Positions 29,659 to 39,539 of a stretch of 64,000 nt of DNA are shown here, piece after piece. The number at the start of each line of letters is the position of its first letter. Position 1 is the first letter of the stretch. Under the pieces are notes generated by a model that did not search any database, had not been told where the DNA came from, and saw nothing but the letters and a program-made list of their open reading frames with translations. A program made the translations under genes and the position numbers. Source of the DNA: a virus. Where the stretch lies: positions 16,562-80,561 of IMG/VR virus record IMGVR_UViG_3300042154_002686; one strand, given 5' to 3'.

Positions 29659-29802
29659 ATGAACGACCTCCATAACAAAATCACCAAACTCGAAAACCGC
29701 CTCGCCAAGCGATGCCACCTCATCGGCCCTCGCTTCCGTGCCGCCCTCGAAAAGCGTCTCGAAGCAATGTATCAGCAGTTCAACGCCCGCCTCGCCAAGT
29801 AA
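29659..29802 (+). CDS. Cassette basic peptide (47 aa)
   Basis: MNDLHNKITKLENRL... Confidence 0.65.
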   Translation: MNDLHNKITKLENRLAKRCHLIGPRFRAALEKRLEAMYQQFNARLAK

Positions 29803-29925
29803 GGCGAAAGGACTAACCGCCCCCTCACGGGGGCTTTTTGTTCTCTTCGAGGGTAGGCCGATTAATTGACCGTTCGCTCATTAAAAACGAGTTGCGTCAG
29901 CACCCCCACCGTTTACCTTCATCTC

Positions 29926-30207
29926 ATGGCAATCACGCCCCACGGAGGTAAAACGAGCGACTCCTCCCGCTCTCCCACGGAAGTCTACCAGATGCTCGTC
30001 AGCATCTCGCAAGCCATCCGAGACGGTCGGAACGGCCTCGACCCCTTCGGCCACAAGTTGGCCGACCTCATGTCCGACCTCTTGGACGAAGTCCGAGACG
30101 AGGTCGAAGCGGCACGGAAGGAGGAACTAATCCTCCGAGCCAAGCGAGCGGCTCAAAACCTCTCCGACGACCTTCGGGCTCACGCTGTCGAAGAACACAG
30201 AGAGTAA
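29926..30207 (+). CDS. Cassette small protein
   Basis: MAITPHGG...; fills unit. Confidence 0.7.
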   Translation: MAITPHGGKTSDSSRSPTEVYQMLVSISQAIRDGRNGLDPFGHKLADLMSDLLDEVRDEVEAARKEELILRAKRAAQNLSDDLRAHAVEEHRE

Positions 30208-30327
30208 GAAGAACGGAGACCCTTCGGGGTCTCCTTTTTTTATTTCGTGGGTAGGCCGCCCCGTGCGTAGATTTCGACAAAGAATTTTGTTTACTTCGGT
30301 CACGAATTGACCACATTCATCTTTGCC

Positions 30328-30552
30328 ATGACGCACTCCCCCGCACTCGATGCCCTCCTCGAAACCAACCCCGCACTCTGGTTCGCTTACCAGAACCACG
30401 CCAACTACAAGGCCAAGGCCAAAGCCCACGAAGAAAAGAAGGAGTGGGCCAAGGCCACTTACTACCACGAACGCTCCATTAGCACTATCGGCTTCATCCA
30501 CTCCATGGGCTACTCTGCCAAGAACATCGGCCAGCCCCGAGCAATCAAGTAA
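30328..30552 (+). CDS. Cassette small protein
   Basis: MTHSPAL...; ATG 79 nt after heptamer. Confidence 0.75.
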   Translation: MTHSPALDALLETNPALWFAYQNHANYKAKAKAHEEKKEWAKATYYHERSISTIGFIHSMGYSAKNIGQPRAIK

Positions 30553-30681
30553 GACGAGACGGGAGAGGCGAAAGCCTCTCTCTTTTTGTCTGCGGGTAGG
30601 TCTGATACTGCATAAAATCAAGCAACGAATTTTCTGGTATTCTACCGTGGATGCCGTAGTGTCATGGTCTCCCACCCAGCC

Positions 30682-30876
30682 ATGAACAAGACCAACCCAG
30701 AAGCCCGCCTCCGCCACATCGAAACCGTCCGTGCCCTGCGTCTCGCCCACGCCCGACACATGGCGAACTTCGACCGATACGCTCGCCTTGAAATGTTTGA
30801 GGCCGCACAGTATTGGCTCGGTCGGGCCAGCGAGGCCCACAAGCAACTCCTCGACCTTGGAGAGATTGCCATCTAA
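30682..30876 (+). CDS. Cassette small protein
   Basis: MNKTNPEARL...; fills unit. Confidence 0.7.
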   Translation: MNKTNPEARLRHIETVRALRLAHARHMANFDRYARLEMFEAAQYWLGRASEAHKQLLDLGEIAI

Positions 30877-31006
30877 TCGATGGTCAGACCCAACGAGAGC
30901 CTTCGGGCTCTCTTTTTTTCTCTACGAGGGTAGGTCTGCTGGTGCGTAAATTTCGCCAGCGATTGTCGTTTACTTTTGGCACGGGATGACCACATTCATC
31001 TTTGCC

Positions 31007-31207
31007 ATGACGCACTCCTCCTCCCCCGCAACGACCGCCACCAAGACCGACTGGGACAACCTCCCCCTCGGTGAAAACCTGTCCCACCTCTGCGGAGGTC
31101 GGAACAAGCACCCCCGCCTCGCCTCCGAGGTCGAGACCCAGACGAAGGACGACACGGTTCGCCCCTTCACTGCGAGCGAACTCCTCGGGGATGTTAGCAT
31201 CGGCTAA
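31007..31207 (+). CDS. Cassette small protein, paralog of 26775-26969
   Basis: Start MTHSSSPA matches 29243; body matches 26775. Confidence 0.75.
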   Translation: MTHSSSPATTATKTDWDNLPLGENLSHLCGGRNKHPRLASEVETQTKDDTVRPFTASELLGDVSIG

Positions 31208-31339
31208 CCCCCGATGTTAGTTCTCAAACAAGAGCCTTCGGGCTCTTTTTTTGTCCCTGCGGATAGGTCTGTCTGTGGGTAAAATTCGACAAAGATTTTT
31301 GTTGTATCGGACGAGGAAAGCCCCCAGACTGTCGGAGTA

Positions 31340-31552
31340 ATGAAACTCCTCGCAACCGACATGACCCACAACGACATTCAAATTGCCAAGAACGCAACGA
31401 TGGATGCCTTCGACACCCTCGAAGCCATCAAGTGCAAGTATCCCGCCCTCGGGGAAGAGTGGGACAGCATCATCGCTGTCCAGCGTTTGCTGGTGAACCA
31501 CACAATTGCTCTCTCCAATCTTGAAAACGCTCGAAACGGTTTGAAGCAGTAA
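31340..31552 (+). CDS. Cassette small protein
   Basis: ATG 79 nt after heptamer. Confidence 0.7.
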   Translation: MKLLATDMTHNDIQIAKNATMDAFDTLEAIKCKYPALGEEWDSIIAVQRLLVNHTIALSNLENARNGLKQ

Positions 31553-31684
31553 GAACAAGCGAGCCCCAAGTGGGGCTCTCTTTTTGTCTGCGAGGGTAGG
31601 TCCGAGACTGCGTAAAAATCGCCAGCGATTGTTATCGATTTTTTTGAAAAACAGTCCATGGTTGTAGTCGCACCAACGCAACCC

Positions 31685-31894
31685 ATGATTAATCCCAATG
31701 CCGAGTTACTCCTCCACCTGTTCGCCAGCCAGAGCCTTCCCCTGCTCCAATGGACTGCTCGCAAGCGACAGAACTCCCTCTACATGCTGACCGTAAGGCA
31801 GGACATTACGGTAGACCAGCATATGAACTACATGGACAATCTTGACGAAGTTGTAGCCTTCGTTCACGAATACGACCCGCCCTCGGTCAAGTGA
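31685..31894 (+). CDS. Cassette small protein
   Basis: MINPNAELL...; fills unit. Confidence 0.65.
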   Translation: MINPNAELLLHLFASQSLPLLQWTARKRQNSLYMLTVRQDITVDQHMNYMDNLDEVVAFVHEYDPPSVK

Positions 31895-32036
31895 GGGAAA
31901 GGTCTAATCGCCCCCTCACGGGGGCTTTTTATTTAGACCCCGAGGTAGGTCTGGCAATTGACCGAACGCTCATAAAATGGTGCTCGCTTTTTATGCGTTG
32001 GTGGTTCACAGTGTTGGAGTAATCAATAACCCTCCC

Positions 32037-32174
32037 ATGCATAACATCATCTCGTTCACCTCCGAAGAGTCCCTCGCCAAGTTCCTCTCGAACTTTGACA
32101 TTACCACGAACCGCTTCACGGTCGAACAGACCTCGAAGAACGGTTTCCTCCTCACCTTCTACCCGAGCATCTAA
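32037..32174 (+). CDS. Cassette peptide (45 aa)
   Basis: MHNIISFTSEE... Confidence 0.65.
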   Translation: MHNIISFTSEESLAKFLSNFDITTNRFTVEQTSKNGFLLTFYPSI

Positions 32175-32348
32175 CCCACCCGAAAGGGCTCACCTCTACG
32201 GGGGTGGGCTCTTTTATTTTCTACGAGGGTAGGTGCGGAGGTGCGTGAAATTCGGCACACTTTTTTCTGGTATTTCGAGGTCTGTGTGCTACTGTGATGT
32301 CGCACTCAGCAACACCCACCCACACCCCCACCCACCACCACCACCACC

Positions 32349-32600
32349 ATGTTCGTCTACACCGAAGAATACGCCCGCCAGCAGTCCGAAGCCCGCTCCG
32401 AGGCCATCCGTGCCCGTGCGGAATACGAGAAGACCGTCACCCGCCAGAACGCCATGGCCGAGGCGTGGGATGCGGTCGAGAAGGCCGAGGACGACTGCCG
32501 CAAGGCCAAGGGCACGGTCGCCCGCAAGGAGGCCAAGAAGGCTCTGGCTTACGCTGACTGGGTCTGGAAGACCATGAACGACCCCAAGTTCAAGGTGTAA
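32349..32600 (+). CDS. Cassette small helical protein
   Basis: MFVYTEEY...; preceded by (CAC)n leader. Confidence 0.75.
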   Translation: MFVYTEEYARQQSEARSEAIRARAEYEKTVTRQNAMAEAWDAVEKAEDDCRKAKGTVARKEAKKALAYADWVWKTMNDPKFKV

Positions 32601-32704
32601 TCCCAAACGAGCCCCTCACGGGGCTTTTTTGTGCCCTCTGCGGGTAGGTCTGGCGAGCCGCCATTTTGTTGTTGCTTTGCGGGCTGGTTGTGTCACTCTC
32701 TTCT

Positions 32705-32840
32705 TATCGCTCCTGCGATATCAGTCTAATCGGTCTTCCCAGCAGTTAGTAGCCACTAACTCTAAGGCGGACACTGCTGGGATACGCCTCCCGATAGACT
32801 AACATAAGACCACCCCTTCGGGGGTGGCAGTTTGTTTTTG
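32705..32840 (+). ncRNA. Structured non-coding RNA occupying a cassette slot
   Basis: Heptamer, promoter and UUCG terminator present but no ATG; stems 32723-33/32791-800 and 32737-46/32773-82; possible pseudoknot 32765-69/32785-89. Confidence 0.7.
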
Positions 32841-32846
32841 TGACTA

Positions 32847-32879
32847 GTGAACATTTGTTCACCATGAACATTTGTTCAC
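32847..32879. promoter_or_regulatory. Tandem TGAAC-N4-GTTCA operator-like palindromes
   Basis: GTGAACatttGTTCAC ca TGAACatttGTTCAC. Confidence 0.7.
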
Positions 32880-32959
32880 CCTGCGGGTAGGCAACTTATA
32901 CGACCGAACGCTCATAAGATAAAACTCGCACAAGCCCCCCGCCATGCTACTCTGATGAC

Positions 32960-33208
32960 ATGGAAATTACTCCACGCCAGCAGGGGCACGAAGCCGCCCG
33001 CTTTAACGAAGAAAACGAGCCGTATTTCGGCCCGCAGGATGACGGGTGCTACGGCACTGTCCCGACCGACCGCCCTGCCCGCCGCCCAAGGGTGGCAAAG
33101 CGGCCCCAGACCTTCGTGGAGGACACCACGCACCCGAGGGGCACGAAGGCGTGGTATCTCCTCAATAAGGGCTGGCATGCCGCCCAGCACCGCCCATACT
33201 GGGACTAA
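32960..33208 (+). CDS. Cassette small protein
   Basis: MEITPRQQG...; ends before terminator. Confidence 0.7.
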   Translation: MEITPRQQGHEAARFNEENEPYFGPQDDGCYGTVPTDRPARRPRVAKRPQTFVEDTTHPRGTKAWYLLNKGWHAAQHRPYWD

Positions 33209-33336
33209 GGGCGAAAGCCCTCCCGAGCCCCAAGGGGGGCTCTTTTTTTTACTACGAGGGTAGGTCGCACGAAGGGTCGAAAAAGAAAATTATGGTGTTG
33301 CATGAACCGATTTTTTAACCACATTCATAGTCGATT

Positions 33337-33531
33337 ATGAAACTCGTATTCCTCATTCAGCAACCGACCGAAGAAGGCGAACCCCTCTTCTGGTCTAACC
33401 TCGATGGCTGGGTCTCCAAGGACTGTGCCGACCGCTTCTCTGGCGAAGAGCAGTTGACCACCCCCTTGCCCGCTGGTGGCATCTGGGACTATACCACGGT
33501 CTGGTCTACTATCGACTTCCCCCAGTCGTAA
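33337..33531 (+). CDS. Cassette small protein
   Basis: LFWSNLDGWV...F...LP.GG.W; ATG 79 nt after heptamer. Confidence 0.75.
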   Translation: MKLVFLIQQPTEEGEPLFWSNLDGWVSKDCADRFSGEEQLTTPLPAGGIWDYTTVWSTIDFPQS

Positions 33532-33655
33532 TCAGTCGGAAGCCCCTTCGGGGGCTTCTTTTTTGTCTACGAGGGTAGGTCTCTGATTGCGTAAATTTTG
33601 GCACAGAATGTTCTCGATTTTTGCCAAAGACCTGCGAGTATGTATGCCTTCACCC

Positions 33656-33952
33656 ATGAGCAACCCAACCAAATACCCGAAGTTCCGACTCCTCCTCTCC
33701 AACTCCGACCTGTCCCCTCGGGCGGTCGCCCGCAAGGTCTGTGACCAGATGGCGAACCGCCTCGCTGGGGTCGGACTGGACGACCTGCCCGACACGGCTG
33801 GTCTCTGCAACGAGGTGGACGAGATGGAAAGCACCGTTGCCAACTGGGGCACGGAACGCAACCCCTCGGACGAGCAAATCAAAGCCCTCTACGATTGGGC
33901 GAAGGAGGCGGTCACGAACCTCCTCTATGAGGAAGGCTTCGAAGTGGAGTAA
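33656..33952 (+). CDS. Cassette small acidic protein
   Basis: MSNPTKY...GVGLDDLPD. Confidence 0.7.
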   Translation: MSNPTKYPKFRLLLSNSDLSPRAVARKVCDQMANRLAGVGLDDLPDTAGLCNEVDEMESTVANWGTERNPSDEQIKALYDWAKEAVTNLLYEEGFEVE

Positions 33953-34070
33953 CCCCAAACCAGCCCCTTCGGGGGCTTTTTTGTGCCCATCGAGGGTAGG
34001 TCGGACACTGCGTAAAAATCGGCAAAGATTTTTCTGGTTTTGGGGCAAAAGTGTGTTAGTGTGTTGGAGT

Positions 34071-34244
34071 ATGAAATACATCATCCTCAAGAACAGCAAA
34101 GAGTCGGCCCACTTCAACACGCTCGCCCCGTGGGCCGTCTACGACAACGACAACGGCCAGTTGGTCGCCAAGTTCACGACCCTCGCCAAGGCCAAGGCCA
34201 TGGTGAACCAGTGGGCCGTCTACCTCGGGGGCGTGATTGGCTAA
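34071..34244 (+). CDS. Cassette peptide (57 aa)
   Basis: MKYIILKN...; ATG 77 nt after heptamer. Confidence 0.7.
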   Translation: MKYIILKNSKESAHFNTLAPWAVYDNDNGQLVAKFTTLAKAKAMVNQWAVYLGGVIG

Positions 34245-34407
34245 CCGCCAGTCAGTCCTTCTCAAAGACCCTCACGGGTCTTTTTTTGTCACCACGGGGA
34301 TAGGTCCGACGGTGCGTAAAATTGGGCAACGATTTTTCTGGTTTCTGGGACAAGGTGTGTTAGTGTCATGGAGTCGAAAGACACCCAACCCAAACACCCA
34401 CACACAC

Positions 34408-34641
34408 ATGACCACGCAATCGTTCAACCACATGGAAGTCTTCACCTGTCGCATGGCTCTCCGCCTCGCCTCCGAGAGCAAGGGCAAGATGCACCTCACG
34501 AACCCCGTGCTGGTTCGCAGGACTGCCACCCGCCTCCTCACGGCCATCGGGGTGCAGGGCATCACGAACCGCACCCGCTGGGAGACCCTGCACCAGACCT
34601 TCGAGGCGACCTTCGGGGTTCAGATTGACGAGCAGAAGTAA
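34408..34641 (+). CDS. Cassette protein, paralog of 37777 and probably 35721
   Basis: GTCGAAAGAC leader; ALRLAS...W.TL...FE.TFG. Confidence 0.75.
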   Translation: MTTQSFNHMEVFTCRMALRLASESKGKMHLTNPVLVRRTATRLLTAIGVQGITNRTRWETLHQTFEATFGVQIDEQK

Positions 34642-34763
34642 GAAGAACGGAGCCCCTGCGGGGGCTCTTTTTTTTGACCCACGGGTTAGGTCAGTTAATT
34701 GACCGAACCGCCATAAAAATAGACCTCGACAAACGGCATGGATTGCCCCATCTTGTTTGAACG

Positions 34764-34961
34764 ATGAACACGCAATACATCAGCAACTACGACCTCTACC
34801 TCATGGCCTTCAATGCGGAGCAGGAGGCGAAGCAGGAACTCGAAAATGCGGAATACGCCTTGAGGGTCTACACCGAGAAGGTTCGCCTCGCCAAGCAGGA
34901 GGTCAATGAGGCTCGGGCTGAACGATGGAAGGCGGAAGCGAGGTTCGTTGCCCACGGATAA
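34764..34961 (+). CDS. Cassette coiled-coil peptide
   Basis: ATG 80 nt after heptamer. Confidence 0.7.
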   Translation: MNTQYISNYDLYLMAFNAEQEAKQELENAEYALRVYTEKVRLAKQEVNEARAERWKAEARFVAHG

Positions 34962-35088
34962 GTGGGTAACCACCAACGAGAGCCTTCGGGCTCTCTTTTT
35001 TTGCCCACGGGGGTAGGACTCTCAATTGACCGAACGCTCGTAAAATAGACCTTGTATTTCGGTCGAACCATGGTAGAGTGATTGAGTA

Positions 35089-35298
35089 ATGAATACCACC
35101 GACCTCCAGACCATGAACAAGAAGGAACTCGAAACCCTCATCGGAACGCTCACCACGCTCCAGCAAGCCCTCGTCTACCAAGGCGAGAAGTGGACGGCAG
35201 TCCACTATACCAAACTCATCATTGCCGAGCAACTCGGATGGGTCAAGGTCGATGCCAAGAACATCGATGGCTGGAAGACGAGCGAGTGGTTCAAGTGA
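35089..35298 (+). CDS. Cassette small protein
   Basis: ATG 78 nt after heptamer. Confidence 0.7.
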   Translation: MNTTDLQTMNKKELETLIGTLTTLQQALVYQGEKWTAVHYTKLIIAEQLGWVKVDAKNIDGWKTSEWFK

Positions 35299-35440
35299 GC
35301 CACGAAAGCCACGGTCTCGTAATACGGAACGCCCCCCGATGGGGGCTTTCTTTTTGTCTACGAGGGTAGGCATGTTAATTGACCGAACTTTCATAAAGAA
35401 TGTTATTGAAAATTTTAAAAATTGGTCTACATTAGCGTCT

Positions 35441-35575
35441 ATGAAATCCAAGCCCTCCCTCATTCAGATTATGGCTTCCGTCCGCAAGGTCGGGGGTCGC
35501 CCTTCGGTCGCCCTCGCCTCTAAAAAGTCGAAGGCTCGCAATGACCGAACCTCTTGGAAGCGAGACCAAGAGTAA
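35441..35575 (+). CDS. Basic 44-aa peptide, paralog of 44833-44973
   Basis: IM.SVRKVGGR.S....KK.K.R..R..WK. Confidence 0.75.
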   Translation: MKSKPSLIQIMASVRKVGGRPSVALASKKSKARNDRTSWKRDQE

Positions 35576-35720
35576 TCCCAATCGGGAGGCTACGGCCTCC
35601 CTTTTTTGTGCCCCGTGGGGGTAGGCCGTTGGGTGCGTAAAAATCGGCAGTCTTTTTTCTGGTATTTGGTCGGGGATGTGGTAGTGTCATGGAGTCGAAA
35701 GACACCAAACACCAAAACAT

Positions 35721-35954
35721 ATGCACCCCGCCCCCCAAGACTGCAACCCGCCCGAACTGTTCCTCTACTCCGCCACTCGGACTTACCTCCGCTTGGAAGC
35801 GAATACGGACGGTCGAATGAAGATGAGCAAAGCGGCTCGTCCGAACGCCCTGCTCCTGCTCGAAGTTCACGCTGGCGTGAAACTCGGGAAGCGAGTCAGC
35901 CCGAAGGAACTCTACGAAAAGTTCAACGAAGCCTTCGGCAAATACCTTCCGTAA
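35721..35954 (+). CDS. Cassette protein, distant paralog of 34408
   Basis: LRLEANTDGRMKMS vs LRLASESKGKMHLT; same leader. Confidence 0.7.
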   Translation: MHPAPQDCNPPELFLYSATRTYLRLEANTDGRMKMSKAARPNALLLLEVHAGVKLGKRVSPKELYEKFNEAFGKYLP

Positions 35955-36104
35955 GGAAGGGGCGAAGGGAGACCCCACGGGGTCTCTTTTTTTGCCCACG
36001 GGTAGGCATGTTATATGACCGAACGCTCGTAAAGATTTTTCTGGTATTCTGGGAGAACTGTGGTAGTGTAGTGGAGTCGAAAGACACCAAACCCAAAAAA
36101 ACAA

Positions 36105-36287
36105 ATGAGCCCGTCCACCCAAGCAATCGTCAATCAGTTCAACGCCCTTGCGGAAAAGCACCCCGAAGAGGCAAGAATGGTTCGCTTCCGCAACCACCTC
36201 CTTGCCCCCCGAATGGATGCCTCCGATGGGGTCATCAAAGGCTTCTGGCTGATGATGGTCACCGAACTCCGACAGGCGGTCAAGTAA
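36105..36287 (+). CDS. Cassette small protein
   Basis: GTCGAAAGAC leader. Confidence 0.7.
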   Translation: MSPSTQAIVNQFNALAEKHPEEARMVRFRNHLLAPRMDASDGVIKGFWLMMVTELRQAVK

Positions 36288-36400
36288 ACCAGACAGGGCT
36301 CACCTCTACGGGGGTGGGCTCTTTTATTTGATGCGGGGGTAGGTATGTGAAGGGCTCAAATAGTGCTTTACTTTGGACGAAGAACTGTCATCTTACTTCT

Positions 36401-36691
36401 ATGGCAACCACCACTACCCCCATCTGGGACAAACTCATCGCAACTGCGGATTACAAGCGAGTCCGTGAAAAGACCCACGGCCTCGTCCATGAGGTCTTTA
36501 TGACCGCCCACGGTTGGGCTGAAGCCCGTGGTGCTACTCATACCCTTTACTGTGGCGAGGGCAACGGTCGGGGCATCCGACCCGCCAAACTTGGCAAAAC
36601 CTTCATGTGGGTCGGGGTGGACGAGACCCCCACGGTGGACGGCACGGACTCCCGCATCGTTTGGGAGAAGTGGGATATCAAGCACCTCTAA
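36401..36691 (+). CDS. Cassette small protein
   Basis: MATTTTPIW...VGVDE...WEKW. Confidence 0.7.
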   Translation: MATTTTPIWDKLIATADYKRVREKTHGLVHEVFMTAHGWAEARGATHTLYCGEGNGRGIRPAKLGKTFMWVGVDETPTVDGTDSRIVWEKWDIKHL

Positions 36692-36784
36692 CGAGGGCTT
36701 GCCCCACGGGTAGGTCTGTGGGTGGCTAAAATTAGACAAAGAATTTTCTTGTAAAAACCCCAAAACTACCCATGATGATAGTCG

Positions 36785-36982
36785 ATGATTACAAAACGCA
36801 TCACGATTAAAAACCGAGCCACCACGGCTTTCAAGGCCAACGGCATTATGGACAATCTCTTCGACACCCTTACGGGTATTGAGGGGATGACTAATAAGGA
36901 GAGGGCTGACCTGCTTCGGCAGGTCGCCACCCTTGCCGAAAATTGGGCGAACGAGGTCGAAGAGATGCCCGAAGACAAGTAA
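36785..36982 (+). CDS. Cassette small protein
   Basis: ATG 77 nt after heptamer. Confidence 0.7.
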   Translation: MITKRITIKNRATTAFKANGIMDNLFDTLTGIEGMTNKERADLLRQVATLAENWANEVEEMPEDK

Positions 36983-37107
36983 ACCGCAAGGGCTCACAGG
37001 GAAACCTGTGGGCTCTTTTATTTAGTGCAGGGGTAGGTTTCCTTGTGGGTAAATTTCGGCACAGATTGTTATTGTGTTTTGGGAGAAATGCCTCATTGTT
37101 GTCCTTG

Positions 37108-37383
37108 ATGAATAACTACTACCACCTCCGCAACCTGTCGGTCGTCTACCACAACCAGATGCTCGTCCCTCGCACGAACGCCAAGACCGAGGCTACTCGC
37201 CTCGCCCTCCTGTCGGCCATCGATGAGGAAATGAACGCTCTCTTCGACAACCAGACGACCCCCAACATGCAGACCAAGGCCGCAGTCATCCGTGCCTCCA
37301 CCAAGGTTAAGGTTGCCACCCGCCACTTCTTCGAAGCGAAGGATGCGGACGACACCCACGAACCGACCTTCAAAGTCATCTAA
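37108..37383 (+). CDS. Cassette small protein
   Basis: MNNYYHLRN...; ATG 77 nt after heptamer. Confidence 0.7.
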   Translation: MNNYYHLRNLSVVYHNQMLVPRTNAKTEATRLALLSAIDEEMNALFDNQTTPNMQTKAAVIRASTKVKVATRHFFEAKDADDTHEPTFKVI

Positions 37384-37510
37384 TCAGAAAGGGGTGTCCA
37401 GAAATGGGCATCCCTTCTTTGTGCCCTGCGGGGGTAGGTCTCTCAATTGACCGAAAATAGTCGATTAATTTTCTTGTAAATTGAGCCATGCCATGCACAA
37501 TGACTCTCGT

Positions 37511-37651
37511 ATGATTACTAAAAGCATTGTCGAAACATTCACCGAAGTCCTCGCCATGACGATGGGCTTTGCGGCTCTCGCCCTCCTCTGCGTGGACGCA
37601 ACCCAAGAATACCAGAGGCGTAAGCGGTTGAAGGGACGCAAGGGGCTTTAA
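37511..37651 (+). CDS. Cassette membrane peptide (46 aa)
   Basis: MITKSIVETFTEVLAMTMGFAALALLCV...; ATG 79 nt after heptamer. Confidence 0.65.
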   Translation: MITKSIVETFTEVLAMTMGFAALALLCVDATQEYQRRKRLKGRKGL

Positions 37652-37776
37652 GCCCTTTGACCCCGAGGGTAGGCCCGTTGGTGCGTAAAATTAGACAAAG
37701 ATTTTGCTGGTATTTGCCAGAGATTAGTGTAGAGTAGTGGAGTCGAAAGACACCAAACACCAACCCACCCAAACAC

Positions 37777-38031
37777 ATGAGCATCATCCAGATTGACGGC
37801 TTCGAGCAACTCCAAATCTTCGCCTGTTCCCAAGCATTGGACATGGCGAGCAAGCACAAGTTGTTCGTCACCCGCCCCGAAAACATCCGTGGCACAGCCC
37901 TCCATTGGCTTGCCAAGTGTGGCAACCCCCAGAAGCCCCGTGCTTCTTGGAAGACCCTCGCCAAGGAGTTTGAGTTTACCTTCGGGGAACTCATCCAGAT
38001 GAAGAAGGAACGCAAGGAAGCGACCGAGTAA
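37777..38031 (+). CDS. Cassette protein, paralog of 34408
   Basis: Same leader; R.SW.TL...FE.TFG. Confidence 0.75.
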   Translation: MSIIQIDGFEQLQIFACSQALDMASKHKLFVTRPENIRGTALHWLAKCGNPQKPRASWKTLAKEFEFTFGELIQMKKERKEATE

Positions 38032-38156
38032 TCGGTCAGCCCTCCACCCGAAAGGGTGTGGGGCTTTTTTGTGCCCCGAGGGTAGGCAGGTTATGATGCC
38101 AATCATTCATAAAATGTTCTTGTATTTTTAGAAAAACAGTCTACTATGTATGGACG

Positions 38157-38402
38157 ATGAACCCAAACACTACTAATCACGAAGACCTCGAACTCCTCCG
38201 CTCGGCTATCCTCCACCAAGCCGACAATTGGGCATGGGCTACCCGCCAATACAATGCGGTCAAGGCTGGCAAGGCGGGGCATGGCGGTGGCTATCCTCTG
38301 GAAGATTGGGAACGCACCCTCCGAGCCGCAGAGGTCGGCCTTGCCGAGGCTGTTGACGCATACGCCAAGGCTTTCAACAAATACGAAGGCCGAGCGGTCT
38401 AA
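38157..38402 (+). CDS. Cassette small protein
   Basis: ATG 77 nt after heptamer. Confidence 0.7.
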   Translation: MNPNTTNHEDLELLRSAILHQADNWAWATRQYNAVKAGKAGHGGGYPLEDWERTLRAAEVGLAEAVDAYAKAFNKYEGRAV

Positions 38403-38550
38403 ATCTGGTAATCGCCTCCACCCTGTCGGGTGGGGGCTTTTGCTTGCTACGGGGGTAGGCTTCTTAATTGACCGAACGCTCCATTAAATAATTCATTTTG
38501 GTCTGGTATTCTGACCAGAATAGTCTACTGTGTTGGTCTTCCCACCGCCC

Positions 38551-38928
38551 ATGAATAACATCCTCAACGCCCTCGCCGCCCTCGCCCAAGCCCGCACCGT
38601 CATCCGCACGGCATACGAGCCCAAGGCTATCCACTTCGCCCATGAGGAGTCCTGCCTCCGCAATGTGGTCAAGGCTCACGAAAGCCACATCTCCGCCTGT
38701 GCCAAGGCCAAGGCTGATGCTGGCTACGAGGTCGGCAAGTCCAGCAAATACACCGTCAAGCGTAAGGGTGAGGCTTACGAGAAAGCCATGGCTGACCTTG
38801 ATGACGCTCGGGGGGCTTTCTTCAAGTTCAAGCAGGATGAGGCGTTTGCCCTTCATTGGCTCGCCCCCAAGCCCGCCCTCTCTGGCGACAGCACCCGCAA
38901 CCCCGCTTGGTATTGGGCGGGTCGCTGA
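38551..38928 (+). CDS. Cassette protein
   Basis: MNNILNALAA... Confidence 0.7.
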   Translation: MNNILNALAALAQARTVIRTAYEPKAIHFAHEESCLRNVVKAHESHISACAKAKADAGYEVGKSSKYTVKRKGEAYEKAMADLDDARGAFFKFKQDEAFALHWLAPKPALSGDSTRNPAWYWAGR

Positions 38929-38952
38929 TGCGACCCCTCAACCCTTACCTCT

Positions 38953-39063
38953 ATGACCATCGACAACGCTGAAATTGAGTTCCTGTTGAGCCTTGTGGCT
39001 CTCATGGCAAAGGGCTTCCTCGCCCTGCTCGTCTTCATTTTCATCATCCTTATGCGGAAGTAA
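38953..39063 (+). CDS. Membrane peptide (36 aa)
   Basis: MTIDNAEIEFLLSLVALMAKGFLALLVFIFIILMRK. Confidence 0.6.
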   Translation: MTIDNAEIEFLLSLVALMAKGFLALLVFIFIILMRK

Positions 39064-39188
39064 TAACACCGCTTAAAGTCTCTAACCAAACAGAGACAAT
39101 GCACGGTAGGCTTGTTAATTGACCGAAGATAGTCGTAAGTATGTATCGAATTTTGGAAAAAACCTGTCAGTCTGTATGTCCTTCACCC

Positions 39189-39413
39189 ATGAACAACCAA
39201 ATCAAAGAGTTCCGAACATTCAAGGTCACCAACATCCGCTGGGACGGAGACGGAGACGACACCAGCCACCTGCCGACCGCCAAAATCGTCAAGGTCGGTT
39301 CTAATGCCGAAATCACGATGGACGAGATTGAGGAGTTCGTTTGCAACATGCTGTCGAACGAAGAGGGTTGGCTTGTGACCAGTTTCCAGATTGAGGAGCG
39401 TTTCCAGAAGTAA
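39189..39413 (+). CDS. Cassette small protein
   Basis: VTNIRWD...LP...LS.E.GWLV.SF. Confidence 0.75.
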   Translation: MNNQIKEFRTFKVTNIRWDGDGDDTSHLPTAKIVKVGSNAEITMDEIEEFVCNMLSNEEGWLVTSFQIEERFQK

Positions 39414-39539
39414 TGACAAACGCCCCCTTCGGGGGGCTTCTTTGTTTAGAACGGGGGTAGGTATTGAAGACTACCAAATTAAGAAAATAGTAATCGACTT
39501 TTTAAAATAACATGTCACTCTGTATGCCTTCCCACTAAT

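Noticed and set aside
27228-32879. Verrucomicrobial LexA box TGTTC-N4-GAACA formed between the tandem palindromes
   Set aside because: In that orientation the spacer is 5-6 nt and variable; only GAAC-N4-GTTC has constant spacing
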